A stretch of DNA of 61,577 bases, taken from an uncultured Bacilli bacterium. Its GTDB lineage: Bacteria > Bacillota_I > Bacilli_A > RF39 > UBA660. Positions 1 through 9,455 of this stretch are shown here, piece after piece. The notes under the pieces are model-generated. The model did not search any database. It was not told where the DNA came from and saw nothing but the letters and a program-made list of their open reading frames with translations. Location of the stretch: positions 1 to 61,577 of the forward strand of contig CANPVU010000004.1 in assembly GCA_947581765.1 (NCBI GenBank), in the 5' to 3' direction. The first letter of the stretch is position 1; the number at the start of each line of letters is the position of its first letter. A program made the position numbers and the translations under genes.

Positions 1-790
1 CGTTACTTGAGGTTCTACTGTTGGTATTTCTAATTCTGTTGGTTGTTCCATTACTGGTTCTGCTACTGGCATATCTGTTGGAGCATCGATTGTTGGTATA
101 TCCGTTACTTGAGGTTCTACTGTTGGTATTTCTAATTCTGTTGGTTGTTCCATTACTGGTTCTGCTACTGGCATATCTGATGTAACATCTACTGGTGGAA
201 TATCTGTTACTTGAGGTTCTACTGTTGGTACTTCTAATTCTGCTGGTTGCTCTATCACTGGTTCTGCTACTGGTATATCTGTTGGAACATCTACTGATGG
301 AATATCCATTACTTGAGGTTCTACTGTTGGTACTTCTAATTCTGCTGGTTGCTCTATCACTGGTTCTGCTACCGGCACATCTGTTGGAACATCTACTGAT
401 GGAATATCCATTACTTGAGGTTCTACTGTTGGTATTTCTAATTCTGTTGGTTGTTCCATTACTGGTTCAGCTACCGGCACATCTGTTGCAACATATACTG
501 GTGGAATATCCGTTACTGTTGATTCGACTGTTGGTACTTCTAATTCTGCTGGTTGTTCCATTACTGGTTCTGCTACTGGCACATCTGTTGGAACATCTAC
601 TGATGGAATATCCATTGCTTGAGATTCCACTGTTGGTATTTCTAATCCTGTTGGTTGCTCTATCACTGGTTCTGCTAATGGCATATCTGTCGGTACATCT
701 ATTGTTGGAATATCTGTTACTGCTGGTTCTACAGTTGGTATTTCTAATTCTGCTGGTTGTTCCATTACTGGTTCAGCTAATGGTATACCT
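1..790. repeat. 102-bp coding tandem repeat, ~7.5 copies visible
   Basis: GTTACTTGAGGTTCTACTG recurs at 2, 104 and 206, with variants continuing; period 102 bp = 34 aa. Confidence 0.9.
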
Positions 791-1491
791 AAGCTATTAT
801 CTGTATCAGATGAAATTTCATTAATTAAATTAGAATCTGTATTAGAATTATTACTATATAGACTATTATAATCATACGTTAATCCTTGTACATCAGATAA
901 ATCTTCACTATTAGATTTCTGTAATGATTCATTATTTTCTTCTTGTTCAAACTCTTCCATATTTATTGCACTCACATTATCCAAAGAAGATATATCTATA
1001 TCTACCTTTGGTATTATTAAATTCTTTTTCTCTTCTTCATCTTCTTCAGTTACATTTTTCTTTTTACGTCCAAATAAATAATCTGGTTCTAATTCATGGT
1101 ATGTTAAATTTTTATCAAGAGCTAATAAAACAAATCCTATAAATGGTAAAAATGACAACACCAATCTCATAAAATTGCCCTTACCTAATGCTTTACCAAA
1201 TCTATCATTTATATATATACCACCTATTAATGTACCAAAAATATTTACATAAGGAACAACAAATAAAAGAATTAAGTAAAGTGGTAATTTTGATAATTTA
1301 AGCAATATAATTATATTATATATAGGTATAATTGCTTTTTTTACATCTAACCCGATCTTTTTATAAATAACACATAAGCATAATGAAATTAATAAATAAT
1401 TCACTAAAAAAATTGCTAATATAATTAAAATATTTTGGTCAATAATTCTTAAAAAATCAAATACAAAACCAGTCATATCATTAATAGTCAT
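1..1491 (-). CDS. Membrane protein (DUF5684-like N-terminal TM region) with acidic Pro/Glu/Val/Thr-rich 34-aa tandem repeats; partial, runs off the window edge
   Basis: Hand-translated minus-strand frame open from ATG at 1491 (MTINDMTGFVFDFLRIIDQNILIIL...KKAIIPIYNIIILLKLSKLP...) into PVAEPVMEQPTELEIPTVEPQVTDIP repeats. Absent from the ORF track because it has no stop inside the window. Confidence 0.8.
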   Translation of the reverse strand, partial: MTINDMTGFVFDFLRIIDQNILIILAIFLVNYLLISLCLCVIYKKIGLDVKKAIIPIYNIIILLKLSKLPLYLILLFVVPYVNIFGTLIGGIYINDRFGKALGKGNFMRLVLSFLPFIGFVLLALDKNLTYHELEPDYLFGRKKKNVTEEDEEEKKNLIIPKVDIDISSLDNVSAINMEEFEQEENNESLQKSNSEDLSDVQGLTYDYNSLYSNNSNTDSNLINEISSDTDNSLGIPLAEPVMEQPAELEIPTVEPAVTDIPTIDVPTDMPLAEPVIEQPTGLEIPTVESQAMDIPSVDVPTDVPVAEPVMEQPAELEVPTVESTVTDIPPVYVATDVPVAEPVMEQPTELEIPTVEPQVMDIPSVDVPTDVPVAEPVIEQPAELEVPTVEPQVMDIPSVDVPTDIPVAEPVIEQPAELEVPTVEPQVTDIPPVDVTSDMPVAEPVMEQPTELEIPTVEPQVTDIPTIDAPTDMPVAEPVMEQPTELEIPTVEPQVT

Positions 1492-1630
1492 CCTACCATC
1501 CCCAATATTCTACACTATAATTAGTTTATCATAAATATTCAAGTTATTCAAGGATAAAAGTAACATAATAAAAATATAACACATTTAAATATTATTACTG
1601 TACAGTAATAGTTTTAAGTTTTTGCTAAAT

Positions 1631-1668
1631 AAAAAAAGCTATAGATATTTTTTTCTATAGTTTTTTTT
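1631..1668 (-). terminator. Intrinsic terminator after aspS
   Basis: CTATAGA/TCTATAG stem flanked by A- and T-tracts immediately after the aspS stop. Confidence 0.6.
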
Positions 1669-1670
1669 AT

Positions 1671-3416
1671 TTATTTATTTATTGTACTAATATGTAATTC
1701 ATCTAATTGATTTTTAGAAACTATATTTGGTGCCTCAGACATCAAACATGATGCTGATGCAGTTTTTGGAAATGCTATAACATCTCTAATGTTTTCGGTA
1801 TTTGTTAATAGCATTGTCAATCTATCTAATCCAAATGCCATACCACCATGTGGTGGAGTTCCATATTTTAATGCTTCAACGAAGAATCCAAATTTATCTT
1901 CAATTTCTTTCTCTGTAAATCCTAAAGCTTCAAATACTTTTGATTGTATGTCTTGAGAGTGTATTCTTATACTTCCTCCACCAGCTTCATATCCATTTAT
2001 TACTATATCATAGGCCTTAGAATAACAGTTTGCTTTATCAGTTAATAATTTTTCTACATCAGAATCTTTTGGTGCAGTAAAAGGATGATGGCATGATACA
2101 TATCTATTTTCTTCTTCACTGTATTCAAATGTTGGAAAATCAGTAACCCATAAAAGTTTATAATCATTTTCATCTATTAAGTTTAAGTCCTTAGCTAATT
2201 TACATCTTAATGCACCTAAACTCATCTTAACGATATTATATTTACCACAAACAATTAATACTAAATCTCCCTTTTTTAAATCTAAATTACTAATTAATTG
2301 TTCCTTTTCTTCTTCACTTAATCCCTTAGCAATACTTCCTGTTATTTCATCTTCTATTTTTAAATATGCAAGTCCACTTGCTTTATATGTTTTTACATAG
2401 TCAGTTAATTTATCTAAATCTTTACGTGAATAATTTGATGAACAATTAGGTGCTACTACACAGTTAATTATTTCATCATTATCTATTGTATTTTTAAAGA
2501 ATGGTATTTCGGTATTTGAAAATATATTTGTAATATCTTTTATTTTAAGATCAAACCTTAAATCAGGTTTATCACTACCATAATTTTCTATAGCATCAAC
2601 ATATTTCATTCTTTGAAGAGGTAATTTTATTTCTATTCCTTTTACTTCCTTAAATACGTGTGCTATTAAACCTTCACCAATTTCCATTACATCATTTTCA
2701 TCTACATAACTTGCCTCGATATCTATTTGAGTAAATTCTGGTTGTCTATCAGCACGCAAGTCTTCATCTCTAAAACATTTAGCAATTTGAAAGTATTTTT
2801 CAATTCCACCAACCATTAACAATTGTTTAAATATTTGAGGAGATTGTGGTAAAGCGTAAAATTTTCCAATATTTACTCTAGATGGAACTAAATAGTCTCT
2901 AGCACCTTCTGGTGTTGATTTACAAAGTACTGGAGTTTCTACTTCTAAAAATCCTAATTTGTCTAAATAATTTCTAACTGCCATTGTAATTTTATGTCTT
3001 ACTTTTAAATTTTTCTGCATACAATTTCTTCTTAAGTCTAAATATCTATATTTTAATCTAGTATCTTCTAAGGCAGTTGTTTCATCAGTTAGTGCAAATG
3101 GTATTTCTAAAGATGTATTTAATATTTCTAATTCATCTATTAATATTTCTATTTCACCAGTTTCAAGTTTATCATTAATATTTTCTCTTTTAGATACTTT
3201 TCCTACTACTTTTATTACATTTTCATTTTTTAAATTAGATGCTAAATCATAATTTTTATTATCTGGATTAACAACAAGTTGAACAATTCCACTTCTATCT
3301 CTTAGGTCTATAAATACTAAAGAGCCTAGGTTTCTTTTTTTTGCTACAAATCCATATAGTTCTACTATTTCACCCTCATTTTCAAGTGATAATTCAATAT
3401 TTTCTATTTTTTTCAT
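1671..3416 (-). CDS. aspS: Aspartate--tRNA ligase
   Basis: FIDLRDRSG OB-fold, STPEGARDY, CFRDEDLRADRQPEFTQID and PPHGGMAFGLDR motifs. Confidence 0.98.
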   Translation of the reverse strand: MKKIENIELSLENEGEIVELYGFVAKKRNLGSLVFIDLRDRSGIVQLVVNPDNKNYDLASNLKNENVIKVVGKVSKRENINDKLETGEIEILIDELEILNTSLEIPFALTDETTALEDTRLKYRYLDLRRNCMQKNLKVRHKITMAVRNYLDKLGFLEVETPVLCKSTPEGARDYLVPSRVNIGKFYALPQSPQIFKQLLMVGGIEKYFQIAKCFRDEDLRADRQPEFTQIDIEASYVDENDVMEIGEGLIAHVFKEVKGIEIKLPLQRMKYVDAIENYGSDKPDLRFDLKIKDITNIFSNTEIPFFKNTIDNDEIINCVVAPNCSSNYSRKDLDKLTDYVKTYKASGLAYLKIEDEITGSIAKGLSEEEKEQLISNLDLKKGDLVLIVCGKYNIVKMSLGALRCKLAKDLNLIDENDYKLLWVTDFPTFEYSEEENRYVSCHHPFTAPKDSDVEKLLTDKANCYSKAYDIVINGYEAGGGSIRIHSQDIQSKVFEALGFTEKEIEDKFGFFVEALKYGTPPHGGMAFGLDRLTMLLTNTENIRDVIAFPKTASASCLMSEAPNIVSKNQLDELHISTINK

Positions 3417-3518
3417 TACTAATCTCTCCCGTACTAATCACAATGATATTTTACAATATAATAAATATATTGTCCATAATTTTTCACAAATAAAAATTCT
3501 TTTCTTAATGAAAAGAAT

Positions 3519-3749
3519 CTATTCTTCTATTTTTAGTTGTTCATTAAATATATTAAGTAATTGTAAAAGTATTTCTTCATCTTCTACTTCATATAATCCA
3601 TCTGTTTGATCATATGAGCAAAACATAAAATTACTATAATCATTTGAATCCATTAGATATACATAATTAATATTATCCAATATAGTCGAACCAACAACAA
3701 CATATTCCTTATCGTCTTCTAAAGTTAATAATTCACCTTGTTCTATCAT
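3519..3749 (-). CDS. DUF1292-like small acidic protein
   Basis: TLEDDKEYVV...YVYL...YEVEDEE pattern resembles DUF1292; RBS present. Confidence 0.55.
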   Translation of the reverse strand: MIEQGELLTLEDDKEYVVVGSTILDNINYVYLMDSNDYSNFMFCSYDQTDGLYEVEDEEILLQLLNIFNEQLKIEE

Positions 3750-3768
3750 CTTCTTATTCTCCTATTCC

Positions 3769-4272
3769 TTACTTAGTCTTACTTTCTTTTCCTTTTTTAT
3801 TTTTTTTCTCTTGATGCTTTTTTACTAGTTTTACTCCTTTTTTAGCTAAGAAATTTTTAGTTCCTATTGCTGCAACTAATACTGGTGCTACTGGATAACC
3901 AATTGTAAGAAATCCAACGCCCAATAGTGCTGAGGATGCAGCTATTGCAGCTAATTCAATCTTTCCTTTTGATTCTTCACTTATATTACTTTTCTTTTCT
4001 CTACGTTTAATTACATGCTTAGCAATTTTTTTAGCATCTTTATGAAGCAAACGTGATCCTATAAAAGCACATGCTCCAACACCTACTGCTACTGGCAAAC
4101 TAAATGTTGAAACTGTACCTGCTAATGCTGTATATATAATACTTGTTCTAGCATAATTAAGTACCGCAAATCCAGCTAGAGATGCATCTTTTATTAGTTT
4201 ACCACTTGATTTTGCTACACGCTTTACTATTACGTGCTTTTTTCCATTTTGTTTATTAGCGGAATTTGGCAT
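3769..4272 (-). CDS. Hypothetical basic membrane protein
   Basis: 167-aa ORF with GGAGG RBS, Ala/Gly-rich hydrophobic segments and Lys-rich ends. Confidence 0.6.
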   Translation of the reverse strand: MPNSANKQNGKKHVIVKRVAKSSGKLIKDASLAGFAVLNYARTSIIYTALAGTVSTFSLPVAVGVGACAFIGSRLLHKDAKKIAKHVIKRREKKSNISEESKGKIELAAIAASSALLGVGFLTIGYPVAPVLVAAIGTKNFLAKKGVKLVKKHQEKKNKKGKESKTK

Positions 4273-4309
4273 ATCTTACCCTCCATCTATCTAAATATAT
4301 AATACCGTA

Positions 4310-5635
4310 TTAACTAATTAGTGTCAATAATTTATCGACAAAATCAGATAATTTATACTCTTGCTGAGTTGAATTTGTCATATCTTTTAACATCACTGTT
4401 TCATTGTTTACTTCATCAGTTCCAATAATTGCAACATATTTTACATTAATCTTACTTGCATACTTCATCTTATGTTTTAAACTCTTATTTCCGTAGCAAA
4501 TATCTGTCTTTATGTCATTATCTCTAAGTTTTTTTGCTAAATTAAGTACATATGAATAATCTACATCATCCATAGGAATAATTAGTATATCTATTAAACT
4601 CTTCTTATTAATTGATATTATATTTTCTTGTAGTAATTGTGAAAATAACCTTGTTAACCCTATTGAAATACCTACACCTGGTAATTTTTCATCTGTATAA
4701 TATTCAGTTAAATTATCATATCTTCCACCTGAACATATACTTCCTAAATTAGGATATTCTTTTAAATTAGTTTCATAAACTGTACCTGTATAATAATCTA
4801 ATCCACGTGCTATTGTAAGATCTATTTTATAATATTCTTCTTCTACTTGATATAATTTTATATATTTTATTACTTCTTCTAATTCATTTAATCCACAATT
4901 ATATTCTTCATTATCTATATTTAGTTTTCTAAGTGAGTTAATTATATCATAATTACTTCCATCAATTGTTATAAAATTTATTATAGAATTTATGCAATTA
5001 TCATCATCTATAATTTTTTTCAATTCTTTTTTTACTTCTTCTTTTCCTATTTTATCAATTTTATCTATTATTCTTAGTATATCAGTTTTAATATCTGTTA
5101 AGTTTAATGAATCAAAAAATCCATTTAATATTTTTCTATTATTTATTCTAATTATAAATGGTCCAAATGAAAGTGTTTTAAATATCTCATATATTACTGC
5201 AGGCATTTCAGCATCATATATAAGAGGTAATGTTTGATTACCAATTATATCTATATCACATTGATAAAATTCTCTATATCTTCCCTTTTGTGGTCTTTCT
5301 CCTCTAAATACTTTACTCATTTGATATCTTTTAAATGGAAAAGTTATATCTTGAAAATGTTGTGAAACATATCTAGATAGTGGTACTGTAAGATCAAATC
5401 TAAGCGATAAGTCATTATCTCCTTTATTAAATCTATATATTTGTTTTTCTGTTTCTCCTCCTGCTTTAGCAAGCAATATATTTGAGTATTCTATAACAGG
5501 TGTATCAAGTGGCAAGAAGCCAAATTTTTCATATACTCTCTTAATAGTATCATATATATTATTAAATAATATTTGTTCACTTGGTAATAGTTCCATAAAA
5601 CCAGGTAATGTCTTTGGTTGAATTTTATTTTTCAT
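4310..5635 (-). CDS. hisS: Histidine--tRNA ligase
   Basis: LRFDLTVP, FRGERPQKGRYREFYQCD, RGLDYYTG and GGRYD motifs. Confidence 0.98.
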   Translation of the reverse strand: MKNKIQPKTLPGFMELLPSEQILFNNIYDTIKRVYEKFGFLPLDTPVIEYSNILLAKAGGETEKQIYRFNKGDNDLSLRFDLTVPLSRYVSQHFQDITFPFKRYQMSKVFRGERPQKGRYREFYQCDIDIIGNQTLPLIYDAEMPAVIYEIFKTLSFGPFIIRINNRKILNGFFDSLNLTDIKTDILRIIDKIDKIGKEEVKKELKKIIDDDNCINSIINFITIDGSNYDIINSLRKLNIDNEEYNCGLNELEEVIKYIKLYQVEEEYYKIDLTIARGLDYYTGTVYETNLKEYPNLGSICSGGRYDNLTEYYTDEKLPGVGISIGLTRLFSQLLQENIISINKKSLIDILIIPMDDVDYSYVLNLAKKLRDNDIKTDICYGNKSLKHKMKYASKINVKYVAIIGTDEVNNETVMLKDMTNSTQQEYKLSDFVDKLLTLIS

Positions 5636-5710
5636 AAGTTCATCTCCATGAATATAATATCATTTTTTAATTTGTTTATCAATAAAATTAAAAGATTCCA
5701 TATGGAATCT

Positions 5711-6775
5711 TTACGATGCTTTTTTTATCTTTTCTATACTTTCACTTATATCATCTTTATAAAATTTAAATAAAGATATTATAAATATTGCAAGTGGGAA
5801 TGATATCAATACTCCAAACAATCCAAATATAATTCCTCCTGCAAAAAGTGAGAAAATTGTAGCAAGTGGTGGTATTGAATTTGTTTTACCATATACATGT
5901 GGATTTATTATATAACTATCTAGACTTGATAATAAGAATACTGCAATAATAGTTCTAATAAATAATCCTGGTCCAACTATAAATGCTGTTATAATAGCAA
6001 CTATATTTGTTGCTATACCCCCAAAATAAGGTATTAAAGTTGCTATACCAGCCATAAGTCCTAATACAATAGCATTAGGATGTCCTATTATCATATATGT
6101 TATTCCATATTCAAATACAGATATAACCATTACTTGTACTAATCCACCCAAATAATTTTTCATTTCATTATCTAATAATTTAACAAAATTGTATGTTTTC
6201 TTACTTTTCTTTTTAATATATTTTTTAATACTTGCTCTTATTTTATCCATATCTATTAAGAAATATATAAATGCTGCAACACCTATTAAAAAATCACCTA
6301 AAAAATCAATAGAAGAAGATACTAAATTAATAGCACCATCAGATACGTATTTAGTCAGTCCATCTAATATAGTTTTAAAATTTTCATTTAAAGTATCTTG
6401 AATTGCAGAAATATTAATATTTAAATCAAATGTTGAAAGTTCACTAATAAACTTACTAAAACTATTAAATAAATTAGATATTTGACTAACACATGTAGTA
6501 CTTATTATATAACCCATAAAAAAGAATAATACTACTATAGCCATAATTACTATAAATATTGATAACCCCTTAGGTATACTTTTTCTTCTTAGCTTTTGTA
6601 CTAAAGGATATACTGAATATGCTACTGCAAAACCTATCAAAAAAGGTTTACATATTGCAACTATTTTTCCAAATATTCCTATCCATAAATTACCTGTATG
6701 ATACATTAAATATACTATAAGTGCTAATATAGCAATATTAACTAATTTAAAGTTAACTTTTTTATCATTTATCAT
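5711..6775 (-). CDS. AI-2E family transporter
   Basis: Multi-TM protein with IPYFG and P..YG....IPPL...GG..FG..G....PL signature. Confidence 0.85.
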   Translation of the reverse strand: MINDKKVNFKLVNIAILALIVYLMYHTGNLWIGIFGKIVAICKPFLIGFAVAYSVYPLVQKLRRKSIPKGLSIFIVIMAIVVLFFFMGYIISTTCVSQISNLFNSFSKFISELSTFDLNINISAIQDTLNENFKTILDGLTKYVSDGAINLVSSSIDFLGDFLIGVAAFIYFLIDMDKIRASIKKYIKKKSKKTYNFVKLLDNEMKNYLGGLVQVMVISVFEYGITYMIIGHPNAIVLGLMAGIATLIPYFGGIATNIVAIITAFIVGPGLFIRTIIAVFLLSSLDSYIINPHVYGKTNSIPPLATIFSLFAGGIIFGLFGVLISFPLAIFIISLFKFYKDDISESIEKIKKAS

Positions 6776-6777
6776 AG

Positions 6778-7218
6778 TTACCTACTTTCTAACCATATAG
6801 TTGTTGGTCCATCATTATTAATATGTACATCCATATACGATCCAAATTTTCCTGTTTCTACCTTTACACCATATTTTCTTAATTCATCATTAAATTCATT
6901 ATAAAGTTTAATTGCCTTCTCACCTTTCATAGCATCTATATAACTAGGTCTATTACCATTTTGACTATTACCATATAAAGTAAATTGAGATATAGATAAT
7001 ATACTTCCCCCTACTTGTAATAGTGATTTATTCATAACACCATTTTCATCATCAAATATTCTTAAATTAACTACTTTTTTAGCTAATTTTACTATATCAT
7101 TAGTATTATCTTCATGAGTAAACCCCACTAAAAGAACTAACCCACTATCAATACTGCCAACTAATTTTCCTTCTACACTTACACTTGATTTTTTACTTCT
7201 TTGTACCAATACTCTCAT
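6778..7218 (-). CDS. dtd: D-aminoacyl-tRNA deacylase
   Basis: MRVLVQR, SQFTL and NDGP motifs; directly follows relA. Confidence 0.97.
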   Translation of the reverse strand: MRVLVQRSKKSSVSVEGKLVGSIDSGLVLLVGFTHEDNTNDIVKLAKKVVNLRIFDDENGVMNKSLLQVGGSILSISQFTLYGNSQNGNRPSYIDAMKGEKAIKLYNEFNDELRKYGVKVETGKFGSYMDVHINNDGPTTIWLESR

Positions 7219-9389
7219 TATTTTATAATCCTCTCAACATTCATAACTCCATTAATGTTATTTACCTCATTAATAAATTTATCTAATTTTTCTACATTAT
7301 CTACTAAAATATTAATGTTAAACATATATCTGCTTGATGTAGTTAAATTATTAATACTTTGTATAGTTATATCATTATTTGATGTCTTATTTATTATATT
7401 TATTAATAAATTATTATTCTCAGATGCAGTTATTAATATATCAGTAGAATATTTATGTTCTATTTTATTATTCCATTTAACTTCTATTATTCTTTCTACT
7501 GAATCAGATATATTAGGACATATTGTTCTATGTACATTTATACCATTACCTTTACTTACATATCCTACTATTTCATCACCTGGTATTGGTTTACAACAAG
7601 ATGCTACATTAATTTTTATATCATTTACATTTTCAACTACAATATCTCCTTTTGGAGTTATTTTCTTCTTATCTGTTTTATTTATTACTTTATCAAGTAC
7701 CATCTCTTGCTTTGTTTTAGTATCTGAATATATAGAATTTATAACTTGTTTAGCAGTTATTTTACCATTACCTATATTAACATGTAATTCATTCATATCA
7801 GAAAATTTTAATTCAGTTAATAATTTTTCTATAGTAGCACTACTATAAAATTCTGAATAAGGTATTTTTTTCTTTTTAACTTCTTTTTGTAATAATTCAG
7901 TACCCTTTTTTAAGTATTCTTCTTTATCTAACTTATTTAAATAACTTTTAATTTTATTTTTTGCATTAGATGTAAATGCTATATCAATCCATTCACGAGA
8001 TGGACCTGTAGAGTTTTTATTAGTGTTTATTTTTACTATATCTGAATCATTTAATTTATAATCAAGTGATACTATATTACCATTTACTAATGCTCCTACC
8101 ATTGTATTTCCTACATCACTATGTACATGATATGCAAAATCTATTGGAGTAGAACCACTTGGAAGTTCTATTACATCTCCATGTGGAGTAAACACATATA
8201 TAGTATTACTTAATACTTCTTCTTGTACATTATGTACGAATAATTCATCACTCTTCTCATCTTTAAGTTCCATTATTTCCCTAAAGAATTGTAACTTTTG
8301 TTCCATAGCATTTTGCATATCTGCTTTAACATTACTTCCATTTTCTTTATATGACCAATGAGATGCTATACCATGTTCAGCAATTTTATCCATTTCATAT
8401 GTACGTATTTGTATTTCAAATAAATATCCATCTAATCCAAATACTGTTGTATGAAGTGATTGATACATATTAGTCTTAGGCATTGCTATATAATCTTTAA
8501 ATCTTTTAGGTATTGGTCTATATTTAGAATGAATAATACCTAATGCTTGATAACAATCTTGTACATCATTTACAAACACTCTAAGTGCAAGTAAATCAAA
8601 TATTTCACTAAATTTCTTACCCTTATCTAATTTTTTATATATACTATATATACTCTTAGCACGACCTTTTATTTCATGTTCTATATTATGTTCATTAAGT
8701 AAATTAGATACATCATTTAACATAGCATTAACTATTGAATCTCTTTCTTTACGAGTTTGATTCAATTTTTCTACTATAGAAAAATATACATCTGGTTTTA
8801 AATATCTAAGTGATAAATCTTCTAATTCACTTTTTATCTTATTAATACCTAGTCTATGTGCTATAGGAGTTAAAATATCTAAAGTTTCTCTTGCATTAGC
8901 TTTTTGACTTTTTTCAGATAAAATCCATAACGTCCTCATATTATGTAATCTATCAGCTAATTTAAGTATTATTATTCTAACATCTTCACATAGTCCTACC
9001 AATATTTTTCTATGATTTGCTATTACTGCTTCATTATCACATGTAAATTTTAATCTATTAATTTTAGTAACACCATTTACTAGTGATGCTATCTCACTAC
9101 CAAATTTATCTGTTAATTCTTCTACTGTGACATCACAATCTTCTATAGTATCATGAAGTAAAGCAGCACATAATGTACTAATATCAGCATTTATATCTGA
9201 TAAAATAAACGCTACATTAAGCGGATGTGTTATATAATCTTCACCAGATAAACGCTTCTGACCAAAGTGTTTTTCATATGCAAACAAATAAGCTCTAGAC
9301 AATAATTTTAATTCTTTTTCATCTTTTATATAAGTATTTACTTTTTCGTATAATTCATCAAAAGTTATATTAGGATTATCCTTACGCAT
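7218..9389 (-). CDS. relA: Bifunctional (p)ppGpp synthetase/hydrolase Rel
   Basis: HD motif (LLHDTIED), LADRLHNMRT, RFKDYIA, YQSLHT, TGS and ACT domains. Confidence 0.97.
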   Translation of the reverse strand: MRKDNPNITFDELYEKVNTYIKDEKELKLLSRAYLFAYEKHFGQKRLSGEDYITHPLNVAFILSDINADISTLCAALLHDTIEDCDVTVEELTDKFGSEIASLVNGVTKINRLKFTCDNEAVIANHRKILVGLCEDVRIIILKLADRLHNMRTLWILSEKSQKANARETLDILTPIAHRLGINKIKSELEDLSLRYLKPDVYFSIVEKLNQTRKERDSIVNAMLNDVSNLLNEHNIEHEIKGRAKSIYSIYKKLDKGKKFSEIFDLLALRVFVNDVQDCYQALGIIHSKYRPIPKRFKDYIAMPKTNMYQSLHTTVFGLDGYLFEIQIRTYEMDKIAEHGIASHWSYKENGSNVKADMQNAMEQKLQFFREIMELKDEKSDELFVHNVQEEVLSNTIYVFTPHGDVIELPSGSTPIDFAYHVHSDVGNTMVGALVNGNIVSLDYKLNDSDIVKINTNKNSTGPSREWIDIAFTSNAKNKIKSYLNKLDKEEYLKKGTELLQKEVKKKKIPYSEFYSSATIEKLLTELKFSDMNELHVNIGNGKITAKQVINSIYSDTKTKQEMVLDKVINKTDKKKITPKGDIVVENVNDIKINVASCCKPIPGDEIVGYVSKGNGINVHRTICPNISDSVERIIEVKWNNKIEHKYSTDILITASENNNLLINIINKTSNNDITIQSINNLTTSSRYMFNINILVDNVEKLDKFINEVNNINGVMNVERIIK

Positions 9390-9455
9390 ATTATCACATC
9401 CTTTTTTATTAATCTGTAAAAAATTATATCACAAATATTACATAAAAAAAAGGAA

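Noticed and set aside
1-790. Possible CRISPR array
   Set aside because: Units are contiguous 102-bp degenerate coding repeats without unique spacers; no cas genes in the window.
195-824. 209-aa Leu-rich plus-strand ORF
   Set aside because: Antisense shadow of the 102-bp repeat in the minus-strand gene, which has a recognisable N-terminal membrane domain.
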